A stretch of DNA of 64,000 nucleotides from Smithella sp. Its GTDB lineage: Bacteria > Desulfobacterota > Syntrophia > Syntrophales > Smithellaceae. The position numbers and the translations under genes were made by a program. The stretch covers positions 22,552 to 86,551 of the forward strand of contig JBDKUX010000154.1 of NCBI GenBank assembly GCA_039679455.1. The letters are read 5' to 3'. A model generated the notes under the pieces. That model was not told the origin of the DNA. It ran no database searches and saw only the letters and a list, made by a program, of their open reading frames with translations. Positions 41,386 to 50,397 of this stretch are shown piece by piece (within the stretch, counting starts at the first letter, position 1; every line of letters begins with the position of its first letter).

Positions 41386-43250
41386 TTAATTTTGTTGGGA
41401 AATAAAGCATCGGTTAGTCCCGACGTACGTTTGATGCGCCTGGAAACCGCACTTGCAAGAACATCTTCACCTGCCCAGATTTGGACATAGCGGCGGGCAC
41501 GGGTAATTCCCGTATAAACCAATTCTCTGGTCGCAACCGGAATATCCCTGTCGGATAATGCCAGCAATACCCGGTCGTATTCCGAACCCTGGCTCTTATG
41601 AACAGTCATCGCCCAAACTGTTTCCAGTCCCGGTAATCGTGAAGGAATAATTTTTCTTATTTTGCCGTGCTCATCCCTGAAGTGCGCCAGCATTTCGCCT
41701 TCTTCCCGGCGATTCCGTAAGATAATTCCCACATCTCCATTAAACAGATTGAGGTTGTAATCATTCTGAGTAACCATAACCGGCCTTCCTTCATAAAATG
41801 ATCCTTGGATATTAATCAGTTTGACTTCACTTAAAGCTTTTTCCACAAAGGCGTTGATCCTCTGCGTCCCCCAATTGCCCACACGCAAAGCGCATAATAT
41901 GCGGAATTTTTCCAGACAATCAAATATTTTGTCTTCGCCATCCCTGCGCTTTACCGTTTCCAGGTATTCGGAATATCCGTCAATAATCGCCTTGGCAAAA
42001 TTCTTGTGTAAAACACGTGGCGAGGTAAGATCAATCCATTCTACATCGGAATAATGACGGCCTTGCAGCAATTCGAAAACCTTCGGAATATTACCGCATT
42101 TCACAGCATGGCTTAAGGCGTTGATTCCGCTTTCCTGGGCAAACCGGAAATTGGTCTGCAATTCAATTATACTGTCTTGAACGCCGGCGGGCATATCCAT
42201 GGATATCAATTTTTCACCGGACAGATCGGCAATCTGACCGGCGAATTCCCGTGAATAGATATCAGCTGCGTCTTGTGCGCAAATATCGCCCAAAACTACC
42301 CCGGCATCTACCGACGCGAGTTGATCTTTATCCCCTAATAAAATTATCCGACTATCGTCTGGCAGCGCTTTGAAGAGTTTAGCCAGCAGCGGTACATCCG
42401 CCATGGAGGCTTCATCGACAACCACAAGATCGTAAGGCAAGGGATTATCTTCATTGAACCGGAAGTAGGGAGAATTGCCTAAACTCCCCAACAGGCGGTG
42501 AATTGTCTGGGCATCATTGGGAATAAGAACCTTCACCGCATCAGTGCAAGTTAATTTCTCTTTGGTCTTGCGGACGGATTCCTGAAGTCTCGCTGCCGCC
42601 TTACCCGTCGGAGCAGCCAGAGCTATCTGCAGATTTCTTTTTTCCATTTCCAAAAGCAGCGCCATTATTTTCGTGATAGTGGTTGTTTTCCCCGTTCCGG
42701 GACTGCCGCTGATGACAAGAAAATTTTTCAGGATGGCGGCTGTAGCAGCAACCCTGTGCCAGTTGATTTTTCCCTGATCATAATTACCCGGGAAATAGAG
42801 CCGAAGCCTGGTCGTAAGTTCCGACTTGTCAAGTTCGACTTTTCGAAGAGAAGATTTTCGGGATAAAATATTACCGGCAATATCCTGTTCGTATTGCCAG
42901 TAGCGCTGTAGATATAAACGGTTCCTGGCATCCAAAATTAACGGTTTGAATTCTGATGGTTTGCCAACACAAGAGGAAGACTGCAGTGCGTTGAGCCAAT
43001 CTTTAAGTTCCGGGCAGGAAATTGCCTCTGTTCCTTCTTCGGAGGGGGTGATAACATTTCCGGCCAGTGCATTCAAATCCAGACATACATGCCCCAGGCG
43101 CACAGAGCGGCTGACCAGCATTGCAGCAAGAAATAAATAATCACTTTTTCCCGGTACTAAGTCTGCAATAAAATTGCCAAAATGAATATCTATGGAGGAG
43201 AAATAATTATGAAAGTTTTTTTTTACATTATCTTTATACGGAACTGTCAT
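41376..43250 (-). CDS. recD: exodeoxyribonuclease V subunit alpha
   Basis: SF1 helicase motifs ISGSPGTGKTTTI, VVDEASM and LLGDKDQL, and a C-terminal TVHKSQGSE...YTGITRAR. The N-terminal domain is typical of RecD1. ATG at 43250; the track start at 43265 is TTG. Confidence 0.85.
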   Translation of the reverse strand: MTVPYKDNVKKNFHNYFSSIDIHFGNFIADLVPGKSDYLFLAAMLVSRSVRLGHVCLDLNALAGNVITPSEEGTEAISCPELKDWLNALQSSSCVGKPSEFKPLILDARNRLYLQRYWQYEQDIAGNILSRKSSLRKVELDKSELTTRLRLYFPGNYDQGKINWHRVAATAAILKNFLVISGSPGTGKTTTITKIMALLLEMEKRNLQIALAAPTGKAAARLQESVRKTKEKLTCTDAVKVLIPNDAQTIHRLLGSLGNSPYFRFNEDNPLPYDLVVVDEASMADVPLLAKLFKALPDDSRIILLGDKDQLASVDAGVVLGDICAQDAADIYSREFAGQIADLSGEKLISMDMPAGVQDSIIELQTNFRFAQESGINALSHAVKCGNIPKVFELLQGRHYSDVEWIDLTSPRVLHKNFAKAIIDGYSEYLETVKRRDGEDKIFDCLEKFRILCALRVGNWGTQRINAFVEKALSEVKLINIQGSFYEGRPVMVTQNDYNLNLFNGDVGIILRNRREEGEMLAHFRDEHGKIRKIIPSRLPGLETVWAMTVHKSQGSEYDRVLLALSDRDIPVATRELVYTGITRARRYVQIWAGEDVLASAVSRRIKRTSGLTDALFPNKINQH

Positions 43251-43283
43251 AAAAACGACAATCAATTACAAATTGAGCTCTCC

Positions 43284-44126
43284 TTAGTCGAGCATTTCCC
43301 TGATTTTGCAGGAAAATTGCGAAAAGCTGAATGGTTTTTGGATAAACCCCTGGCAGCCGCGATCCAGAATTTCCTGCACCCTGCCACAGATGCTGTCTCC
43401 GCTGGAAAGAAGAACATTGACATTGGAATTAATCTCTTTAAGACGGTCGTAAGTTTCTCCACCTGATATTCCCGGCATAATTATATCCAAAATAACTAGT
43501 GCAATTTCGCCTTTCTTCTCCTGGTAAATCGAAATCGCCTCCCGGCCGTTCGATGCTACATAGACATTGTATCCCATCGATTCCAGCATTTTCTTTCCTA
43601 CATCTCTGATACTCTTTTCATCATCAACCAGCAGAATTGTTTCCGTTCCCATGGCAATTATCCCGGCTCCGGTTTCCATATCTTCTTCCAGCGTTTCCTT
43701 GCCGGAAACGGGCAGCAAGACGTTTTTATCAGTAAGTTTCCCTTCAATACGGTGGTCTTTGGCAAAGTCCAACAATTGTCGAGTTAAAGCAACGCCGCTT
43801 CGCACCTGTCCTTCAATCTGCTTAAGATTCTCATAATGGGGATGGGATGGTTCAAAATCCAATAACGAAACAGCTGCAACTCCGCGAATTCCCATTAACA
43901 GGTTATTGATATCGTTGGCTATATCGCGAACAAATTTACCAACGGCATCCATCTTAACGGTGGAATCAGTTCCTGCAAGAAACTTTTTGTATTTTACCTC
44001 ATTTTCCCGCAGCTCTTCGTTAATCTTTTTAAGTTCTGAAGCAGAAGTCTCCAATTCCTGAATTTTCTGCTTTAATATTTCATTTTCCTTAATAAGCTCA
44101 GTGTTTTTTGTGGATGACTCGCTCAT
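43284..44126 (-). CDS. coiled-coil / DHp-like (His-less) / receiver-domain protein
   Basis: N-terminal coiled coil. The DHp-like segment reads MDAVGKFVRDIANDINNLLMGI, where related kinases have AHDxNNLL, so the phospho-acceptor His is replaced by Asn. There is no HATPase domain. C-terminal REC domain (ILLVDDEKS...LVILDIIMPG...K). Confidence 0.7.
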   Translation of the reverse strand: MSESSTKNTELIKENEILKQKIQELETSASELKKINEELRENEVKYKKFLAGTDSTVKMDAVGKFVRDIANDINNLLMGIRGVAAVSLLDFEPSHPHYENLKQIEGQVRSGVALTRQLLDFAKDHRIEGKLTDKNVLLPVSGKETLEEDMETGAGIIAMGTETILLVDDEKSIRDVGKKMLESMGYNVYVASNGREAISIYQEKKGEIALVILDIIMPGISGGETYDRLKEINSNVNVLLSSGDSICGRVQEILDRGCQGFIQKPFSFSQFSCKIREMLD

Positions 44127-44371
44127 TGGATACTCCTTTTTCGAGATAAGCTGTTGATATTGTTAATATAATTATAACTGTTTTTGGTGAACAATATCGT
44201 CTGATAGCTACCGAATACTATGTGTATCGTCAAATAAAAATCGGCATATTATAAATTGACAATATGATAATTGTCCATGTAATATTTTAATAATAATACG
44301 CAGAGAAAAAAGAATCTGTCAAGCATCGTTTGCACATTCTGCTAATCATATTCGAATAGAAAGGAGTTAAA

Positions 44372-44839
44372 ATGAAACGTTTTTTTTTCATCGTCTTGTT
44401 AATCGCTTTTGCTGTCTCAGCTGAGGCCGCCGATGTAGGTGTATCGGTCAGCATTGGTCAGCCCGGCTTCTATGGCCAGATAGATATTGGAGATTTTCCA
44501 AGGCCACAGGTTATTTTCCCTAAACCTGTTTTAATCGCTCCCGTACCTGTTGGTGTGGCGCCTCCTCCTCCGGTCTATGTTCATATTCCGCCGGGTCACG
44601 AGAAAAAGTGGAATAAGCATTGTCATAAATACAATGCCTGCGACCGCCCTGTCTATTTCGTTCGTGACAGATGGTATAATGAAACATATGTGCCGGCATA
44701 CCAGGCACGGCATGGACATCCAGGCGGTCCCGACAATCACCATGACAAACACCACGGCAAAGACAAGCACAGGGATAAACACAAGAATCATCATAAGGAT
44801 CACCACAAAGGTCATGGTAAAGATAAACACAGAGGCTGA
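44372..44839 (+). CDS. secreted histidine-rich protein
   Basis: SD AAAGGAG and signal peptide MKRFFFIVLLIAFAVSAEA. A Pro-rich middle region is followed by the C-terminal tail HGHPGGPDNHHDKHHGKDKHRDKHKNHHKDHHKGHGKDKHRG. Confidence 0.7.
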   Translation: MKRFFFIVLLIAFAVSAEAADVGVSVSIGQPGFYGQIDIGDFPRPQVIFPKPVLIAPVPVGVAPPPPVYVHIPPGHEKKWNKHCHKYNACDRPVYFVRDRWYNETYVPAYQARHGHPGGPDNHHDKHHGKDKHRDKHKNHHKDHHKGHGKDKHRG

Positions 44840-44874
44840 ACCGTAATCAAATAAACTGCAGACAAAAGTCGTTT

Positions 44875-44925
44875 CCATCCAGTGAGCATACTTCACAGAA
44901 GTGAGCGCTGGATGGATTTTTATTT
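44875..44925 (+). terminator. rho-independent terminator after the His-rich protein gene
   Basis: Stem CCATCCAG (44875-44882) / CTGGATGG (44908-44915) around a 25-nt loop, followed by ATTTTTATTT. Confidence 0.55.
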
Positions 44926-45149
44926 ATAACCAAGCACTTTTCTTCTTAATTAACTCCATTTTCAAATCAGTGAAAAACCATTGCACATCCACCAGTCAAT
45001 GACAATAACAAGTTGCATTCCCTGCCTAACATTGTTGACTTCAGTCTGGCATGATACTGCTGCTTATGAGGAAAAGAGTTCCATACTATTGACAGTTCGA
45101 ACAGCAATATTCAAATTAAAACTGTAAATAACCCTTAAGGAGGCAAACC

Positions 45150-45680
45150 ATGATTATTCCGCTACAGATTACAGCTCATGGTATCGAACTCACTGAAGAG
45201 ATGAGGGAAGATATCGCGGAAAAGGTAAATAAGCTCGATAAATTCTATAATAGAATTATGCGCTGCAGAGTTGTAGTGGAGGAGCCAAAGCGGCATTCCC
45301 ATAAGGGAAATTTGTACAGTGTGCACATCATCATGACTGTTCCCGGTGCGGAACTTGTGACTAAACGCGAGTTGCATGAAGAACTTATGTTGGCAATGAG
45401 GGATGCTTTCCTAGCAGCCCAGCGGAAACTCAAAGAGTTTTCCCGTGAACAGGGTGGTGAAGTTAAGAATCATGAAAAAAAGCCGCATGGATTCATTAGT
45501 GTGCTTTTCCCTGATCAGGAGTATGGATTTCTCGTATCCGGCGAAGGTTACGATGTATATTTTCACAAAAACAGCGTTATAAACAAAGATTTTGAAAAGC
45601 TTGAAGTAGGAATGGAAGTTCGCTTCTCCGAGGAGATGGGAGATAAGGGACCGCAGGCAAGTTCCGTAACTGTAATTTAG
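45150..45680 (+). CDS. HPF/RaiA-like domain fused to a cold-shock (CSD/S1-like) domain
   Basis: SD AAGGAGG. Residues 1-105 follow the HPF/YfiA pattern (MIIPLQITAHGIELTEEMREDIAEKVNKLDKFYNRIMRCRVVVE...KGNLYSVHIIMTVPG...). The C-terminal ~65 aa look like a cold-shock domain (HGFISVLFPDQEYGFLVSGEGYDVYFHKNSV...VRFSEEMGDKGPQA). Confidence 0.7.
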   Translation: MIIPLQITAHGIELTEEMREDIAEKVNKLDKFYNRIMRCRVVVEEPKRHSHKGNLYSVHIIMTVPGAELVTKRELHEELMLAMRDAFLAAQRKLKEFSREQGGEVKNHEKKPHGFISVLFPDQEYGFLVSGEGYDVYFHKNSVINKDFEKLEVGMEVRFSEEMGDKGPQASSVTVI

Positions 45681-45730
45681 GTAATTTATGCCGCCATGAA
45701 ATGCCGTCGGCAGTGTTTATGAACATGGCT

Positions 45731-45787
45731 GGAAGGAAGTCTTTGAAAGACTAGGCACTTTCGAGTATCTGACAAAGACTTCCTTCC
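45731..45787. repeat. perfect 14-bp inverted repeat (long hairpin) between convergent genes
   Basis: GGAAGGAAGTCTTT (45731-45744) pairs with AAAGACTTCCTTCC (45774-45787) across a 29-nt loop. The left arm can alternatively pair with a nearer AAAGAC at 45746-45751. The element ends 1 nt before the stop of the minus-strand HD gene. Confidence 0.6.
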
Positions 45788-45788
45788 T

Positions 45789-46739
45789 TTAATGAAAAGA
45801 AGCTTCAAGCAGATAGTTTTCACCGGTTTCTCTATCGCGACCAAGGCCCTGTGTGCGCCTGAGCCTTTTTGGGAAGTCGATACCGTCATCGGCGATAATG
45901 GAGCGGAGATAGGTCATTTGATTGGTAATAGCTTCATCATAAAGGTCGCGTGCCACAAAGTAGCGGGTGTGGAAATGCTCTTTAGTCCGGCTCGAAACAC
46001 GGCCCAGGGTAACGTGTAGTCTTTCTTTGACGTAATCATAAAATCCGATGGTTTTTTTTAGCATATCGATGGTGCTGTCGAAGCCTTCGATCCCTGCTTC
46101 ACTGAATTCGTAATAAAGGAATTTCAGCTTCTCAAGATATACCCTGTCTGCCATCTGCCCCATAATATCCGCAGCTGCAAGTATCTCCGCTGCTATCCGT
46201 TCTTTTTCGGATTGAAATGATATTGTTTCCCAGGGACGTTCAAGATCTGTCCCCAGGATTAGTCGCGATATGCGCTCGGCACTTTCGGGTGTAAGGCCGA
46301 AGGTTTCAGCTTCCAGCATAACGAAAGCAGCGGAACGGGCCACGTGAACTTTTGTGTATTGTGCTCCCGTACCGCTGTTATCGCCTTCTTTTCGAATATA
46401 GCCGGTATCATGGAGCAGAGCGGCAATCAGTACTTCTCCGGCCAGGGTGGCTCCCAGTTTGATGCCTGTCAGTTCACAGCCGTCAAGAAGACGGGATGTT
46501 GCGGCAAAAACCGCTGCAACATGAGCAAAATCGTGGTATTCAACACCACAGGCCAGGTAACCCGGCAAATTACCATCATAGAGGATTTTGGTAAGCATGA
46601 AGGCATTGTTGATATGGTTAAAGTCCGCGTTCCGGTACGAATATCGAAAGATTTGTTCCGCGTCTCTGATGATTGCCTGTGGATTGGTTGGATCGACGAG
46701 AATCGAGATTTGAATTTCCATTTCAGGAGCCGTTTTCAT
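45789..46739 (-). CDS. HD-domain metal-dependent phosphohydrolase
   Basis: YHDFAHVAAV...AALLHDTGYIRKEG gives the H...HD...D pattern. 316 aa. Confidence 0.65.
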   Translation of the reverse strand: MKTAPEMEIQISILVDPTNPQAIIRDAEQIFRYSYRNADFNHINNAFMLTKILYDGNLPGYLACGVEYHDFAHVAAVFAATSRLLDGCELTGIKLGATLAGEVLIAALLHDTGYIRKEGDNSGTGAQYTKVHVARSAAFVMLEAETFGLTPESAERISRLILGTDLERPWETISFQSEKERIAAEILAAADIMGQMADRVYLEKLKFLYYEFSEAGIEGFDSTIDMLKKTIGFYDYVKERLHVTLGRVSSRTKEHFHTRYFVARDLYDEAITNQMTYLRSIIADDGIDFPKRLRRTQGLGRDRETGENYLLEASFH

Positions 46740-46787
46740 TATCTGCCTTCGAACTTTTAAATAGTATTTGTTTTTGAATGAACCGCT

Positions 46788-47045
46788 TCATTTGTCATAA
46801 AAATCATTTGCCTTTTTGAAACTTTCATCCACATTATTTTTAATGTTGTCGCAGCCGCTTTTATATGTTTTCAACCATTCAGAGAAAGCTTTTCTGCTTT
46901 CTTCCGGCAACATGGGTATTTTTTCCATGAATTTGTTGATAAATCTTCCCGTCTGCTCGTGTAGTGAACTTATTGCATTAAAATTATTGTCAAATACTGC
47001 TTTATTGAACGCGATAACTTGTTTGGCAATTTGTTTCGGATCCAT
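46788..47045 (-). CDS. small helical protein, phasin-like (paralogue 1)
   Basis: 85 aa: MDPKQIAKQVIAFNKAVFDNNFNAISSLHEQ...PEESRKAFSEWLKTYK. By eye it is about one-third identical to the 47599-47901 product. The phasin-like label is tentative. Confidence 0.5.
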   Translation of the reverse strand: MDPKQIAKQVIAFNKAVFDNNFNAISSLHEQTGRFINKFMEKIPMLPEESRKAFSEWLKTYKSGCDNIKNNVDESFKKANDFYDK

Positions 47046-47106
47046 TACATCCTCCAGATTAAATTCCCGTTGGTTATTTATCTATCCGGCATTTGGTGCT
47101 TTTTCT

Positions 47107-47568
47107 TTAAGTCCTGCACGACTCTGGCCTGATGAGCAGCACAGGTACAGTAGAATTATGCAGAACCTCAAGCGCTACGCTGCCGAACATAAGTTTTTCC
47201 AGCCCGGTATATCCGTGGGTGGCAATAATGATCAGGTCAATGCCCATTTTTCGGACATATTCTGAAATTATTTTAGCGGGCCTGAGGCTTTCCACTGACT
47301 GTGTTTTCACTTTGATGCCTTCAGCACCGAGCCTTGACTCCACGTCATCAAGATAAGTGTGGGAGTATTCCATAACTCTTTCCTTGAGATCTGCGTAGGC
47401 AAGGCCACCATAATTGTATTCGGAAGGCATGAATTCTATGTGAGCCGAATATACGTTTAAAATAGTAACCTCTTCAACGTTGCCGCTTTTCACCATGTTT
47501 ATGACATGGGGCAACGCACATTCCGCCAGCTTTGAACCGTCCAGGGGCACCAATACTTTCCGAAACAT
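47107..47568 (-). CDS. universal stress protein
   Basis: KVLVPLDGS...IIATHGYTGLEKLMFGSVALEVLHNSTVPVLLIR (UspA ATP-binding type). The ATG at 47568 is preceded by GGAGG. Confidence 0.85.
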   Translation of the reverse strand: MFRKVLVPLDGSKLAECALPHVINMVKSGNVEEVTILNVYSAHIEFMPSEYNYGGLAYADLKERVMEYSHTYLDDVESRLGAEGIKVKTQSVESLRPAKIISEYVRKMGIDLIIIATHGYTGLEKLMFGSVALEVLHNSTVPVLLIRPESCRT

Positions 47569-47598
47569 ATAAGCAGACCTCCGCAATATTTAGTTGAT

Positions 47599-47901
47599 CT
47601 ACTGTTGTTTTTTATTAGTTTTGGCTGCTATATTCTCTTTTGGAAAATTGATAAAGTAATCGGCAATTTTTTTATAGTTCTCGTCATACGATTTTTTAAA
47701 GTTTTCACGTGCTTTCTTGTAAGAGGTAACCCATTCATTAATGGCTTTTTTTCCTTCTTCCGGGAACCATGTCGCTTTTTCCAAATAATCGAACATCAGC
47801 TTCTCGGCTTGATCCTGCAATAAAACCATGGCATTGAAAGTACTATCAAAGGTAGTTTTGTTGAAATCGATCATTTGTTTAGCCGTCTGATTTTGATCCA
47901 T
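47599..47901 (-). CDS. small helical protein, phasin-like (paralogue 2)
   Basis: 100 aa: MDQNQTAKQMIDFNKTTFDSTFNAMVLLQDQ...PEEGKKAINEWVTSYKK. SD GGAGG. Paralogue of the 46788-47045 product. Confidence 0.5.
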   Translation of the reverse strand: MDQNQTAKQMIDFNKTTFDSTFNAMVLLQDQAEKLMFDYLEKATWFPEEGKKAINEWVTSYKKARENFKKSYDENYKKIADYFINFPKENIAAKTNKKQQ

Positions 47902-48219
47902 GATAAAACCTCCTTTAAGTAATTACGCAGCTTGCTGATCTTTCTCCATTGATGATAATTTGCCCCAACTCTACAAAATCGTTGTCATTTTACATTGGTT
48001 ATTGCAAAAACAACATATACCCGAAAGTTTATTTTTCTATATCCTTAGTTATATAATCTCTGTGATATTTCGTGATAGCACATAATAGAAAGAGAGAACT
48101 TAATCACTGCAAATTATGATACTGAAAGAAAATGTCTCAGACACGACGCTGATAGTAAAATGTGTCAGCACTTCGCGCGCCGCATTCGCGTTGATCTCAT
48201 CTTTTGATAGTATCTTCAA

Positions 48220-50397
48220 CTATTTCAACAATTCATCTCTAACCGCCGTCCCAATCTTTTCCATGATATAAGGTTTTTGAATATAGCACCCTGCACCTAA
48301 TTTCATGGCATCTTCAACCTTTTTTGTTTCCGAAAAGCCACTCACGATGACGGCCTTCTGTTTCGGATTGATTTCGAGAACTCTTTTATAGGTTTCCAGG
48401 CCATCAATGCCCGGGTCCATAATCATGTCCAGAACTATGAGATCAACCGTTTTGTTCTTCAAGTAGGCAACAGCCTCTTCCCCGCCCGACACAGCGTTGA
48501 CTTGATAGCCAAGCCTGCTCAGCATGGTGACGGCAAGCTCTCTTTGCTGCTGCACATCATCAACCACCAGTATCAATTCTCCCCTGCCCGTGTATGAGTC
48601 AGCCGACACCAGTTTCAGATCTATTGCTGCTTTCTCTTCCCTGGCAATGGGGAAATAAAGAGAAAAAATGGTTCCCTTTCCCTCCTCGCTTTGAACATCA
48701 ATATAGCCTTTATGATCCTTTACGGTTCCCCAAACAACTGCAAGCCCCAGCCCTGTTCCACTTTTCCCCATAACCTTCTTCGTATAGAATGGTTCAAAAA
48801 TCTTTTCGATGTCGACCGAAGAGATTCCCTTGCCGTTGTCCGATATGTGCAAGACAGCATAGTCACCCTCGTGCAAATGATCATACCCTTGAACCGGCTT
48901 GTCGAGATGACGATTCTCCGTCCTTATTGTAACTTCCCCACAATCGGATATAGCCTCTGCTGCATTGGACAACAGGTTAAAGAGCATTTTTTCCAGGTGA
49001 ACTGGAGAACCTTTTAAATTTAAAAGATCTTGATCCAGAATGGAATCAAGGGTTATACCCGGATAAAATGTCTTCATTCTCTCCAGCTCCGGCGATTTTA
49101 AACATTTGCAAATAATGTCATTCAGATTGATCACTTCTGAGACAGTCACACCCCTTCTGGCCAACGTCAGCAGGTCTTGAATAATAGCCGCTCCCTTCTG
49201 GCCCGATTGCAGGATGTTGGTGGCATACTTTTTCAAGCGATTTTCCTCCTGTACTTCTTCCAGGAGCAGTTCCGAATATCCGACAAGCACACCAAGGACA
49301 TTATTGAGGTCATGAGCAACACCGCCGGCCATAATCCCCAGAGACTCCATTTTCTCAGCACGATGCAAGCGCTCTTCCAGTTTTTGACGTTCCTCCTGGG
49401 CCTTTTTCCGTTCCGTAATATCTAAAAGTGATGCCACACTTCTTTTGGTACCCGGTATCACGTCAATCGTCAGAATGACGTCTTTTACACGACCATCCCG
49501 ATCCCTGAATTTAAATTCATAACTTTTAGGAGCGGCATGTTTATCATGTCTGCGCAGCTTGTGACTGTTCAACATCCTGTCGAGGTCTTCTTTCTCGACA
49601 AACTCCGTCCAGCATTTTTTACCCTCCAATTCACCCCTGGTATAACCGGATAATTTTTCATATTCAGCGTTTGCAAGAAGGATGATTGTGTTGTCATCTA
49701 AAATCACTGTGGCCGTACCTGTATTGTCAAAGATTGCCCTGTACCAGTTTTCCGATTCCTTGAGAGCATTTTCCACAAACCGCCGTTCGTTAATTTCCTT
49801 TTGAAGTTGATCATTCACAAATTGCAGTTTCGCTGTACGTTCCTTCACCATCTCTTCAAGATGATCCCGGTGCCGTACCAATTCCTCTTCTATCTTTTTG
49901 TGCTCCGTGAAATCTGTAATTGATAAGACATAACCTTTGGTGGAATCATCTACATCCATCAAATGTCCTGTTAACAGGCATGGGACCCTATGACCGTCTT
50001 TATGCACGAGTCCGCATTCATGCATGAGTGATCTTATTTGTTGAAATTCACCGCAAATGACTTTCGTTATTTCATCTTTGCGGCGCGTTGGATAGAACGC
50101 CTCGATTGTTTTACCGACTATTTCCCCCAGTTCCCATCCTAAAATATCCGTAAATGCCTTGTTGCACCAGGCAAATGCGCCGCCCCTGATTAAACATACA
50201 CCGTGCGTTGTGCATCCCAGAATAGCCATGAGCAATTCCTGGGATTGTTTTATCTTTTCATGCGCAATGGCCAGTTCTTCCGCCTTTTCCTGGGCATCTT
50301 CGAGATTAAAGATATATTCCTGGAGAAGACGTCTTTGATTTTCTGTTTTGTCTGTTTTGACTTTCTTCATGGAAAAACCTATCCCTTCGACAATCAC
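48220..50397 (-). CDS. hybrid sensor histidine kinase (PAS-PAS-HisKA-HATPase-REC)
   Basis: Two PAS-like regions, an H-box GGVAHDLNNVL, an N box (LSNAAEA), a G box (GTGLGLAVV) and a C-terminal REC (ILVVDD...LIVLDMIMDPG). Alternative ATG at 50370 (MKKVKTD); 50397 is GTG. Confidence 0.85.
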   Translation of the reverse strand: MIVEGIGFSMKKVKTDKTENQRRLLQEYIFNLEDAQEKAEELAIAHEKIKQSQELLMAILGCTTHGVCLIRGGAFAWCNKAFTDILGWELGEIVGKTIEAFYPTRRKDEITKVICGEFQQIRSLMHECGLVHKDGHRVPCLLTGHLMDVDDSTKGYVLSITDFTEHKKIEEELVRHRDHLEEMVKERTAKLQFVNDQLQKEINERRFVENALKESENWYRAIFDNTGTATVILDDNTIILLANAEYEKLSGYTRGELEGKKCWTEFVEKEDLDRMLNSHKLRRHDKHAAPKSYEFKFRDRDGRVKDVILTIDVIPGTKRSVASLLDITERKKAQEERQKLEERLHRAEKMESLGIMAGGVAHDLNNVLGVLVGYSELLLEEVQEENRLKKYATNILQSGQKGAAIIQDLLTLARRGVTVSEVINLNDIICKCLKSPELERMKTFYPGITLDSILDQDLLNLKGSPVHLEKMLFNLLSNAAEAISDCGEVTIRTENRHLDKPVQGYDHLHEGDYAVLHISDNGKGISSVDIEKIFEPFYTKKVMGKSGTGLGLAVVWGTVKDHKGYIDVQSEEGKGTIFSLYFPIAREEKAAIDLKLVSADSYTGRGELILVVDDVQQQRELAVTMLSRLGYQVNAVSGGEEAVAYLKNKTVDLIVLDMIMDPGIDGLETYKRVLEINPKQKAVIVSGFSETKKVEDAMKLGAGCYIQKPYIMEKIGTAVRDELLK

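Noticed and set aside
44520-44896. Alternative-frame and antisense ORFs across the His-rich protein gene (44531-44896, 44550-44846, 44520-44708)
   Set aside because: They are artefacts of the repetitive CAC/AAG/GAC codon run. Only the 44372-44839 frame has an SD, a signal peptide and a terminator.
45047-45064. TGGCATGATACTGCTGCT upstream of the HPF-CSD gene, considered as a sigma-54 promoter
   Set aside because: GG-to-GC spacing is 9 or 12 nt instead of the required 10, so it does not fit the -24/-12 geometry.
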